Positions 1-8,320 of a DNA stretch of 17,690 bases are shown here, piece after piece; positions within the stretch are counted from its first letter, which is position 1, and each line of letters starts with the position of its first letter. This DNA comes from Pseudobdellovibrionaceae bacterium. GTDB lineage: Bacteria; Bdellovibrionota; Bdellovibrionia; Bdellovibrionales; Bdellovibrionaceae. The stretch covers positions 1-17,690 of the forward strand of contig JBIKLL010000060.1 of assembly GCA_044359815.1 (NCBI GenBank). The letters run 5' to 3'. Below the pieces are notes generated by a model. The model saw only the letters and a list, made by a program, of their open reading frames with translations, did not search any database and was not told where the DNA came from. A program made the translations under genes and the position numbers.

Positions 1-14
1 GAGGGGATGACACA

Positions 15-542
15 ATGAAGGTATGGGCGGCATTTTTAGCGGTTCTTATGATCGGAGTGAGCAGTTTTGCTTTTGATACTAATGTTACGCCACAGTATGA
101 GCTTGTGCGGGTTGGTTTGCCGCCCAAGGTTGGACCTGGTGATTTTTTTCCGTGGGGTAAGGAAGTTCCCTTTCCATGGTCCAAAATTCAGGGGATTTAC
201 AGAGGCTACGAAAAAACTGGTGAAACATTTTATTTCTTTAACGTCAGAGTCCAAAACGAAAATCAACGAATCCTGGAAATCTGGCAGATCGACAGCAAAT
301 GCCGATGGACAGCCAGGGGCGCAGGGTTTGAATACAACAAAGTCGTCAGGGCAGTTGTTGCCAATCAAGCAGGTAAATCATTTGAGCTGACGGTACAGGC
401 TTTCAACGCAAAAGATATTTATCCCAGCACAAAAAGTGGAATCGTAACTGTGATGTCAAAAAACATAGTGGGAATGCCCAGATCACGCGAAGATTTTGTA
501 CTCAGTTACATGGCGCCGACTTCACAATGTAGCCGCAGGTAA
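15..542 (+). CDS. Hypothetical secreted protein (175 aa, N-terminal signal peptide)
   Basis: SD-like GAGGGG at 1-6; MKVWAAFLAVLMIGVSSFA signal-peptide pattern; no recognised domain. Confidence 0.8.
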   Translation: MKVWAAFLAVLMIGVSSFAFDTNVTPQYELVRVGLPPKVGPGDFFPWGKEVPFPWSKIQGIYRGYEKTGETFYFFNVRVQNENQRILEIWQIDSKCRWTARGAGFEYNKVVRAVVANQAGKSFELTVQAFNAKDIYPSTKSGIVTVMSKNIVGMPRSREDFVLSYMAPTSQCSRR

Positions 543-1946
543 TGCGGCTTAATTTTATTGGTGTTCATGACCTATTCGGATCCGAGTTGAGACTGGACTA
601 GACTACTGCAGGTAAAGCGCTGCTTTGACTCAACTAATTCAGCTTTTATTCAGCCGCCTCATTTTGCAAAAATGACGACACAGTATTATCTATGGCTTCT
701 TAATAAAGATTTAGAATTAGTGGCTGATTCTGGACTGAGTCGTCCTAAGCTCAATGACAAAAACCAAAATCCTGGCGAACACTGGCGCAAGGCTTTAGAA
801 ATTGCTAAGGGTGATTCACATTTGGCAGCTAGAATGATTTCGATGTTGGGCCATGATGATGCGATGAAAGAGCCCTTAAGCATTTCGCCAACAACACCTG
901 GTTATGATGAATATTTAAAAGTTAGAAAAGAAATTTTTGAACGTGCAATTGAAAAAGCAAAAATTAAAAACCCGTCCATTGTGTCTGATCTAATGTCTTC
1001 TACCTCAAGTAATGTTTTACGCGTATTTAAAAATTCTACTTTGTTTTCCCCTAAATCAATTGGACCGGATATCGATATTTCAGACGAATTAAAGTCTAGG
1101 ATAATTTCTGTTCAGTCCAAAGACGGTAAATCAAATACAATTCCTGCTAAAGCTTATCATTTTTTGGGTTCAATTAATTCAGCCTGTGCGTTTATTGAAA
1201 AGTCTCAGTTGGGAATTTCAACCGGGCTACTAAACCCAATGTTGGCAGGATTTTATCGTGGAATGCGTATGGGGGAAATTATTGACGGTGAAAGATTGAG
1301 CGACAGATATTCTGAATTTTTCAAGACCTCCAAAGAGAATTTTATTTTAGGCGCACAAAAGGCTAAAAAATTTTTAGAACCGCACAAAAATGTATTTATC
1401 AATTCTGTCGGTGATAATGGATCTGAAAAAACGTCGATTTCGGTTTCATAAATAAACTTTCTGAACCAAAATAAGCTTAACTTTCTGAGTGAAGTGGATA
1501 CAAATACACTTTTAACTTTTTCAGACATGGATCAGTTGTATAGTTTTGTTCAAAATGAAAGTGCAAAGAGTGATGCAAAAAAAATCGCTGACAAAAATTT
1601 TAATTTCTCAACGATAATGGGATATAAAATGCGATTTCCCAAAAGGCCGAATGTGACAACCAGTTTGTACAGTTATGGCAAAATCGGTGGAACCTATATG
1701 AAACCTGGCCAGGAAAATCGCTGTGGTGAAAAGGGCTGGTCGACTGACAGATGCGACAGAGCTATGAAAGTGATTGAGTCTTGGGAAGTTTATTTTGATT
1801 GGACTCGGTCGCAACATTCAATTGGGGCTCAGTTTGCCATTGATAACTGTAGAACTTTGAAACACGGCGAAACCTTGGAAACTTTGGCGATAAAGGCATT
1901 GAATGGTCGTAAGTCACAAACCCCAGTTAAAAAAGGCGTAAATTAA
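542..1946 (+). pseudogene. Probable decayed gene (ORFs 672-1451 and 1494-1946 are one reading frame)
   Basis: 672 and 1494 are in the same frame, separated by a single TAA (1449-1451) and 14 sense codons. The frame is also open upstream to a TGA at 588-590, preceded by a hydrophobic LILLVFM stretch. An ATG at 542 (TAATG overlap with the upstream stop) is one base out of frame. Confidence 0.6.
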
Positions 1947-1956
1947 AGATCACCTG

Positions 1957-2142
1957 ACGGTTTAGGATTCGGTCTTCCCACAAATGCGCATCACGCGCAT
2001 TTGTCCCAGAGCCGGGGCCGATCGCTAGAGTAGGGAGTACAGGATTGTCTCGGGCTCCTGCCCTCGCCCCCTTCGGGGTTTCACGCAAAAATAGCATAGT
2101 GCTATTTTTGCCGAACAAAGGTTCAAATCTGACTCTCTACCA
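1957..2142 (-). repeat. tRNA-Val 3'-end-derived repeat/hairpin array (att-like)
   Basis: 2030-2046 is a 17/17 copy of tRNA 2179-2195. 2120-2142 is a degenerate inverted copy of the tRNA 3' end. A short AGGATTC remnant lies at 1964-1970. Perfect hairpins at 1980-2004 (10 bp) and 2085-2111 (12 bp). Confidence 0.85.
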
Positions 2143-2145
2143 AAC

Positions 2146-2172
2146 TAAAAAACCACCTTTCGGTGGTTATTT
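2146..2172 (-). terminator. Intrinsic terminator after tRNA-Val
   Basis: Minus strand AACCACC-GAAA-GGTGGTT followed by a T run. Confidence 0.85.
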
Positions 2173-2176
2173 ACTT

Positions 2177-2252
2177 TGGTAGGGAGTACAGGATTCGAAC
2201 CTGCGACATCCACCTTGTAAGGGTGGCGCTCTACCAACTGAGCTAACTCCCT
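2177..2252 (-). tRNA. tRNA-Val (anticodon TAC), CCA encoded
   Basis: Reverse complement AGGGAGTTAGCTCAGTTGGTAGAGCGCCACCCTTACAAGGTGGATGTCGCAGGTTCGAATCCTGTACTCCCTACCA: 76 nt, canonical cloverleaf. Confidence 0.98.
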
Positions 2253-2349
2253 GTCGTCATTAAGAAAGGGTTTTTTAACGACAAAGACCCACCTAATCAA
2301 GTCCTTTTTGCTGATTTTAGGCAGCTGAGCACTGAACTATTGCCTAAAT

Positions 2350-3186
2350 CTAGATGTGGGCTTTTATAAACCCCGCCAGATCCCTGAAAACCTCATCACG
2401 GTTTAAATCGTTGTACAGTTCATGCCTTCTGCCAGGGTAAATTTTCATTTGAATTCCGGGATTGTTCGCAATCTCAACACACTGCTTGGTTTTGTCAGAA
2501 TCAACTACGGGATCAGATTCAGGAATCTGCACCAAGGTGGGGACCTTTAATTGTGACAATATGGCTGAAACATTTTTAAAGGATTTTTGAATCCCTAAAA
2601 AAACGCCAGCACTCATTTTTTGATGTCTCAAATTATCAAGCTCATATTCTTTTTTGACTAAATCATCCCTGGTCAGCTTGTCGTAATCTATACCGGTTCC
2701 CAACGTAAGCTTTGGCAAAAAGCTCTCGGCAATCACTGAAGCCAGTTCTTTCATAAACGGAACCTGCATGCTGATCCCAAACAGTGGCGAACTAAAAACC
2801 AGGGCTTCAAATTTTTGCATAGAACCCGCTACCACCGCAGTCTGAATCAATCCACCCATCGAGTGGGCAAATAAAATCAGTTTTTTAAATTTCACTATTT
2901 TTTGGTTCCCCAGTTGCATGATCAGAAACTCTAAATCTTTACTGTATTCGTAAAAATCCACAGCATAACCCCTTAGGCCATCGGATTTACCATGACCCCT
3001 CAGGTCCCAAGCAATCACAGAAGCACCCGTGGGGGCCAGGGCATCCACCACACGCATATAACAGCCCGAATGTTCACCGTGCCCGTGGGTCACTAAAACC
3101 AAGGTGTCAGATTTGTTATCCCAAAGCTGAAAATACAACTTTGAACCATCAAAACTATCAATGAAACCTTCGTGATGTGCTTGCAT
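2350..3186 (-). CDS. Alpha/beta hydrolase, lysophospholipase/monoglyceride lipase family (Hydrolase_4)
   Basis: HGHGEH, DLRGHGKS, nucleophile elbow AHSMGG, catalytic D (DPVV) and H (RHEL). Start uncertain (3186, 3195 or 3222). Confidence 0.9.
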   Translation of the reverse strand: MQAHHEGFIDSFDGSKLYFQLWDNKSDTLVLVTHGHGEHSGCYMRVVDALAPTGASVIAWDLRGHGKSDGLRGYAVDFYEYSKDLEFLIMQLGNQKIVKFKKLILFAHSMGGLIQTAVVAGSMQKFEALVFSSPLFGISMQVPFMKELASVIAESFLPKLTLGTGIDYDKLTRDDLVKKEYELDNLRHQKMSAGVFLGIQKSFKNVSAILSQLKVPTLVQIPESDPVVDSDKTKQCVEIANNPGIQMKIYPGRRHELYNDLNRDEVFRDLAGFIKAHI

Positions 3187-3243
3187 GGATATCATTCTCA
3201 ATCTGCCCTTGACTGATGCCAAGTAAAAAGATTTAAACGATGC

Positions 3244-3888
3244 ATGTTGATTTCTGATTTATTAAAAATTTCTGATAACCAGCGGGACCAAAAGTGGGAA
3301 GACCAGTTTTTAACGGCTTTCACCCAATCAAACATTCAATTGCTTACCGAGGAACCTCAGATGGGTCCCGACAGTTGGCCCTATATGATTGTTCAAACTT
3401 CACAAACTTCTGATGAATCTGCGCAAAAATTATTGCAGTGGGTGAGCACCAGGGGCATTGGGATTGTGATTAATCCGCATAAAACCTTTCCTGATTTTGT
3501 TTTGACCTATGGGATGATTTGGCATTTCAGGGAAACAGGTTATTTTATCCGCAGAAATCTGACTAAAAACATTAACAGCACCGAAAGCTCTGTGCAGTTG
3601 GATCTATCCCAGGCCAATTTTGCAGATCCTACGCCAGAAATTTTGCCTGATTACGCCAGAAAAATTTTAAAAGAATTTTTTATTCAGCAAAATATTTTGC
3701 GACCTAAAATTTCAACTGCTTTTTGGCATGACAATAATTTTGATTTAGTGATTTCATTAGAATCAATCGGCAATCCGCCTGAAGCAGATCACCCAGACAT
3801 TGCCGAAGCCCTGTCGTGGTTTTTGCCACCACATTATTCGATTTTGTTTTTAAGTGAAAAACAGCTTCCGTATTTTTGGGAAATCTAA
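3244..3888 (+). CDS. Hypothetical protein (214 aa)
   Basis: Long ORF, divergent from the hydrolase and abutting the convergent gene; no motif I can name. Confidence 0.8.
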   Translation: MLISDLLKISDNQRDQKWEDQFLTAFTQSNIQLLTEEPQMGPDSWPYMIVQTSQTSDESAQKLLQWVSTRGIGIVINPHKTFPDFVLTYGMIWHFRETGYFIRRNLTKNINSTESSVQLDLSQANFADPTPEILPDYARKILKEFFIQQNILRPKISTAFWHDNNFDLVISLESIGNPPEADHPDIAEALSWFLPPHYSILFLSEKQLPYFWEI

Positions 3889-3890
3889 AA

Positions 3891-4298
3891 CTACTGTTCT
3901 TCTATTTCGCCTGGCATGGGCAATAAATCCATCAAACATTCACGCCAATATTCTGGAGCGTCTTCGGTATAATCTATACCCAGCTCGTAACCGGCCTTAC
4001 CCAACAATTTGGTTCTGGCAATGCGCCCAGAAATTTCCAGATTTAATTGGGGCAGATTAATTAAAACCCGCATACCCTTTATTGAGTCTATAGTTAGATT
4101 TTTGCGCAGATTGGCCGGAACCAAGTCTTCGCGTTTTACGACTAACAACAGCCCTGTTGTTGATGCCTGCATGATTTCACCACCCTTAGAAAGCTTCATT
4201 AAGTTTTCTAGGGATGACATGCTGGCAACCTTTAATGGTTCGATGGACTTTCTGGGAGCTGATCTGCCACCGGGAGCTACTTTTTTTACTGCAACCAT
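3891..4298 (-). CDS. PilZ-domain-like protein
   Basis: RxxxR (RSAPR) and degenerate D/NxSxxG (QASTTG), C-terminal beta-rich GRIAR...LGIDY; SD-like AGGAAGG upstream. Confidence 0.7.
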   Translation of the reverse strand: MVAVKKVAPGGRSAPRKSIEPLKVASMSSLENLMKLSKGGEIMQASTTGLLLVVKREDLVPANLRKNLTIDSIKGMRVLINLPQLNLEISGRIARTKLLGKAGYELGIDYTEDAPEYWRECLMDLLPMPGEIEEQ

Positions 4299-4336
4299 AT
4301 TTGCCTTCCTGTTCTTTTCTTAAGCTTACCTTAAAC

Positions 4337-4363
4337 TGATCGGCAAAACTGGACCAAAGTTAA
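4337..4363 (-). promoter_or_regulatory. Putative sigma-28 (FliA) promoter of the PilZ-like gene
   Basis: Minus strand TTAACTTT-N11-GCCGATCA versus consensus TAAAGTTT-N11-GCCGATAA. Confidence 0.65.
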
Positions 4364-4592
4364 GGAGTCCAATCAAAATATCCTGAAAACATTGAATCAC
4401 CCTGGAACAGATTCCAATAACGATTCTGCCCCCCAATGATTTGTGGATCTTTTAAACATCACAATCTCAATATGAGACTGTAATATACTGATATTTAGCA
4501 CAGTCCCTATAGCCCTCTTTCAGGTCTGAATGCGTATTATAGGGTTTAGTTCACGCTTGCTAGTGCAAATGGGAACCACTAATATCGTTCCC

Positions 4593-5534
4593 ATGATCAA
4601 CCATGAAGTCACACATAATGGAATCACCTGGGTCGACGTCATTGATCCAGCAAACGTTGATTTTTCAGACCTAGTTAAACGTTTTGGACTGCACAGTAGT
4701 TCGATCGAAGAATGTCTGGAGCCCGAGCACCTGCCAAAATACGAACATATGGAACGCTATAAATTTATGATTTTGCGGGCCATCGATATGGATGCTGATC
4801 GCAGGTCAGATTCTGTGCAAAGACTTACCAATAAATTAGCTATTTTTTATTCGGATGACTTTATTGTCACCTTTCACAGAATCAAACAGCCTTATGTGGA
4901 AGCAGTGATAAAAAAATTCAATGATGGATCTCAGATTTGCGATTTTGGTGCTAAATCAGTGGTTGTCGAATTAATCAATCAAGTCGCTTCAACATATGAC
5001 AAAGCCGTCGAAGACACCTACAGAAAGTTCGAAGGGTTTGAAGCTGAAGTTTTTAATTCAAATGCTGCCATCAAATTACAGCAGATTTATTTGTTAAAAC
5101 GACGGGCTTCCATTATGCACAGAATGCTCAAGATGATGGATGGACCTATTTCCGAAATGATCGTTGATTGCCCTGATAACGTAAAGCCCCAGTTTCAGAC
5201 AGTCCGTGAACATCTGAATAAGCTGACCTTTCAATTGGAAGAAGTCCGCGAAAGCCTGATTTCGTTACTGAATCTGCACGTATCCTTTGCATCCCATCGA
5301 ACCAACGAGGTCATGAGGGTATTGACAATATTTTCTGTGTTCTTGATGCCGCTGAATTTCATCGCCGGGGTTTATGGGATGAATTTTGAGTATATGCCAG
5401 AGCTAAAATCAGAATTTGGTTACCCGCTGGCTTTGGGTTTTATGGTTCTGGTAGCTGCGGTGATTTATCTGTGGTTTCGCAAAAAGGGTTGGCTGCGAAC
5501 AGACAACCTGAGCAAAAAAATCAGCAACAGATAA
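4593..5534 (+). CDS. corA: CorA-family Mg2+/Co2+ transporter
   Basis: WVDV near the N-terminus, TNEVMRVLT, GVYGMNF (GMN motif), MPEL, two C-terminal TM helices, WFRKKGW. Start 4593 preferred over 4530/4569. Confidence 0.93.
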   Translation: MINHEVTHNGITWVDVIDPANVDFSDLVKRFGLHSSSIEECLEPEHLPKYEHMERYKFMILRAIDMDADRRSDSVQRLTNKLAIFYSDDFIVTFHRIKQPYVEAVIKKFNDGSQICDFGAKSVVVELINQVASTYDKAVEDTYRKFEGFEAEVFNSNAAIKLQQIYLLKRRASIMHRMLKMMDGPISEMIVDCPDNVKPQFQTVREHLNKLTFQLEEVRESLISLLNLHVSFASHRTNEVMRVLTIFSVFLMPLNFIAGVYGMNFEYMPELKSEFGYPLALGFMVLVAAVIYLWFRKKGWLRTDNLSKKISNR

Positions 5535-6039
5535 AAAAGCAGATTTGATGAGTTTTACCGCCGAACACTATGCCTTTGCTGTTTTTTAAACCGTACACCT
5601 GAGGGTTTTCCAGGCTAAAGGTTTGGATGTTATCAGCGACTTTTTGAAAGGGCCCCAACAAAATCTGACTCAGCGTCTGAGGCTGTTTAAAGCCACGCAA
5701 TCCCTTAAAGGAAGCTTCCAGGGCCACCCATGTGGCCTTGCAATTGTCCTCGGTGGCCTTTGGATAGATCCTGCGAACCACATTAAAGGTGATGTTATCA
5801 GTTTGCTCGATGTCCAATCCCACGTTGGTTTTGGTTTCAGGATTGATGGCAAAAAATCCACCCAAATTAGGGCAATGAGATTTTGAATATTTAAAATCAA
5901 CATAAGGCTTTAATGAATCCAGCAACAAATATTTTGAACCGGTAACGTCTGCACCCCAACTGGGATCAAATTTATAAACTATATCTTTGGTATCAAAATC
6001 TTTAAAAACTTCTGCAATGTTAAAATCTAAACTGCTCAC
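5521..6039 (-). CDS. 4'-phosphopantetheinyl transferase superfamily protein (short/divergent)
   Basis: SKSH, VGLDIE and WVALEASFK match the SxSH / GxDxE / WxxKEAxxK motifs; GTG start overlaps the nadA stop. Confidence 0.7.
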   Translation of the reverse strand: MSSLDFNIAEVFKDFDTKDIVYKFDPSWGADVTGSKYLLLDSLKPYVDFKYSKSHCPNLGGFFAINPETKTNVGLDIEQTDNITFNVVRRIYPKATEDNCKATWVALEASFKGLRGFKQPQTLSQILLGPFQKVADNIQTFSLENPQVYGLKNSKGIVFGGKTHQICFFICC

Positions 6040-6998
6040 ATAAACCTATCTGAAAACTGTACGGGTTTTCCGTTAACAATATCAACCATTCGCTGCAGAG
6101 GCAGCTTGGCCCGCTCTTGTACCTGAGCGTTTATCGAAATGGGGTTAAGCTTTTCAATCATAGTTTTTTTAATTTTTTCCAAAGTATTAAGCTTCATATA
6201 GGGACAATTGTTACAGGCGCAAGTTTCATCATCAACGGGGGCTTGTATCAACACAGCTTCTGGTCGAGATTTTTGCATCTGATGCAGGATCCCTGTTTCA
6301 GTAGCCACAATAAATTTTTTAGCTGGATTATTTTTAACCTCGTCTAATAATTTAGAAGTCGAACCAATTACTGCGGCATAGGCCAAAACTGGTTCATCAC
6401 ATTCAGGATGGGCGATCACTATTGCGTCTGGATTTTCACTAATAAGCTGATGCAATCGTTTTGCTGAAAATAAAACGTGGACCTGACAAGCGCCCTGCCA
6501 AATTTCCATTTTACGCCCTGTTATTTTTTGCAAAAACTTACCTAAGTTTTTATCTGGTCCAAACAAAATCGGCCGATCTGCAGGCAGCGAGCGAATGATT
6601 TTTTCGGCGTTGCTGGAGGTCACAATCACATCACTGATGGATTTTACTGCCACGCTGGAATTAACATAGGTCACTGCGATCCCATCAGGATAAAGCTTTC
6701 GCCAAGCCAAATATTTTTCATAGGGTGAATCATTAACCAATGAACAGCCAGCATTCAAATCAGGGACAAAGACATTTTTTTGCGGTGACAACAGCTTCAC
6801 GCTTTCGGCCATAAACACCACTCCGCACATCAGGATATTTTGCTGTTTTAAGTTTTTTGCCTGAATGGCTAATTGGTAGCTGTCGCCGACAAAATCAGCC
6901 AGGTCTTGAATTTCACCGTCTTCGTAATAGTGGGCCAAAATGGCAAAGTCGTGCTTTTGTTTTAGATTTTTGATTTCTGTAACTAGATCATAGCCCAT
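6036..6998 (-). CDS. nadA: Quinolinate synthase
   Basis: ILAHYY, FVGDS, CGVVFMAE, AGCSL, YVNS, GACQVH, AHPEC, ATETG and CPYMK motifs, with three Fe-S cysteines. Confidence 0.97.
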   Translation of the reverse strand: MGYDLVTEIKNLKQKHDFAILAHYYEDGEIQDLADFVGDSYQLAIQAKNLKQQNILMCGVVFMAESVKLLSPQKNVFVPDLNAGCSLVNDSPYEKYLAWRKLYPDGIAVTYVNSSVAVKSISDVIVTSSNAEKIIRSLPADRPILFGPDKNLGKFLQKITGRKMEIWQGACQVHVLFSAKRLHQLISENPDAIVIAHPECDEPVLAYAAVIGSTSKLLDEVKNNPAKKFIVATETGILHQMQKSRPEAVLIQAPVDDETCACNNCPYMKLNTLEKIKKTMIEKLNPISINAQVQERAKLPLQRMVDIVNGKPVQFSDRFM

Positions 6999-7025
6999 AG
7001 GACAAGGGTTTATACCACTTTATAA

Positions 7026-7064
7026 AGTGCTGCCACCTTTAAGTACATTGATGATGGATTTTGA
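7026..7064. repeat. 39-bp perfect direct repeat of the mglA 3' end (displaced copy)
   Basis: AGTGCTGCCACCTTTAAGTACATTGATGATGGATTTTGA is identical to 8327-8365; 43/45 when extended through the stop codon (7020-7064 vs 8321-8365). Confidence 0.97.
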
Positions 7065-7107
7065 TGAGCCTAGATCTTGGAAGCTGGGGTCCAGGCCAGC
7101 AATTTAG

Positions 7108-7175
7108 AAATGACTAAAAATACCAACGAGTCATTTTAGTATTGACTAAAATTACCTAAAGGTCAAAATAGTCAT
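7108..7175 (+). promoter_or_regulatory. Promoter/operator array of the ATPase gene (probably leaderless)
   Basis: Two 32-bp imperfect tandem units (7111-7142, 7143-7174) with inverted TGACT/AGTCA half-sites; TTGACT (7142-7147) and CAAAAT (7164-7169) end 6 nt before the ATG; no SD. Confidence 0.55.
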
Positions 7176-8318
7176 ATGGAAAGATATCTACATTCCCGTG
7201 TTTTAAAAGACCTCGGTTCTAAAATGGTCTTCATTAGCGGGCCCAGGCAGTGTGGCAAGACAACCTTTGCCCAAGAACTATTGAAGGCTTCAAAATCTGG
7301 CAGGTATCTCAATTGGGACTCAAAAGACGACAGAAAAACAATTTTGGATTCTAGCTGGGTTGATCAAGATAATCTAATCGTTCTGGATGAGATCCACAAA
7401 TATCAAAAGTGGAAGAATCTTATTAAGGGAATCTATGACACACAAAAAAAGATTCATCAGTTTTTGATCACCGGAAGTGCGCTTTTAGATGTTTACAGAA
7501 AAGGTCAGGATTCTTTGTTCGGCAGGTATCACCATTGGCGCCTGCATCCCTTTTGTTTGGCAGAAAATCCTTTGCAGGATGATCCCAGTCAGGTTTTGGA
7601 AAGACTTATTGAAAGGGGCGGCTTTCCTGAACCTTTTTTGGCAGAGTCTGCAGTCGATGCCAAAAGATGGGCAAAGTCGCATATGGATTTATTGATTAAA
7701 GAAGACCTTCGAGACTTAAGCTTTATCAAGGATCTGACAGCTATCGAGCAACTGTATGAGGGGCTTCGGGCTAGGGTAGGGTCCATAATTTCGAATGCCA
7801 ATATTGCTAGGGATATCGAGGTCGCCCCAAAGACCGTGAAACAATGGATCGCAATCTTGGAAAGCCTTTACATTATATTTTCCATAAAACCATATTCCGG
7901 AAAAATGATTCGTGCTTTGACAAAGCCTTCCAAAATTTATGTTTTCAATAATCCAGAAGTTGATGGAGATGAAGGTGCAAAGTTTGAAAATCTGGTAGCT
8001 ACGCATTTGCTGAAGAGAGTTCATTTTCTAGAAGATTCAATGGGTGAAAAATTTGAACTCAGTTATTTGCGCGACAAAGAAGGCCGAGAAGTTGATTTTG
8101 TGATTCTAAAATCAAAAAAACCAATTTGCCTGATAGAGGCAAAATACAACTCAGATCAGCCATCTGGTCATTTAAACTATTTTGGCGATAAGCTGAAAAT
8201 TGCAAAGCGAATACAGTTAGTACAAAAATTAAAAAAATCTTCCAAATTAAAAAACATTGAAATAATTCCGGCGGCACAATTTTTAAGTAAGCCACTGGAT
8301 CAAAACATCTTCGAATAA
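7176..8318 (+). CDS. AAA+ ATPase (AAA_14) with DUF4143 region: winged HTH and C-terminal PD-(D/E)XK-like motif
   Basis: Walker A GPRQCGKT, Walker B LIVLDE, ITGS, GGFPE, HTH-like NIARDIEVAPKTVKQWIAILE, FENLV, EVDFV..IEAK. Confidence 0.92.
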   Translation: MERYLHSRVLKDLGSKMVFISGPRQCGKTTFAQELLKASKSGRYLNWDSKDDRKTILDSSWVDQDNLIVLDEIHKYQKWKNLIKGIYDTQKKIHQFLITGSALLDVYRKGQDSLFGRYHHWRLHPFCLAENPLQDDPSQVLERLIERGGFPEPFLAESAVDAKRWAKSHMDLLIKEDLRDLSFIKDLTAIEQLYEGLRARVGSIISNANIARDIEVAPKTVKQWIAILESLYIIFSIKPYSGKMIRALTKPSKIYVFNNPEVDGDEGAKFENLVATHLLKRVHFLEDSMGEKFELSYLRDKEGREVDFVILKSKKPICLIEAKYNSDQPSGHLNYFGDKLKIAKRIQLVQKLKKSSKLKNIEIIPAAQFLSKPLDQNIFE

Positions 8319-8320
8319 GA

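Noticed and set aside
588..1451. Alternative genetic code or programmed read-through joining the 542-1946 frame
   Set aside because: TGA and TAA both terminate conserved genes here (nadA TGA, mglA TAA); decay is simpler.
2030..2142. A second tRNA gene or an intron-containing tRNA
   Set aside because: Only T-arm/acceptor 3' fragments are present; no D-arm, anticodon arm or 5' acceptor strand.
4465..4477. TCTCA-N3-TGAGA palindrome upstream of corA
   Set aside because: A single 5-bp-arm occurrence cannot be distinguished from chance within this window.
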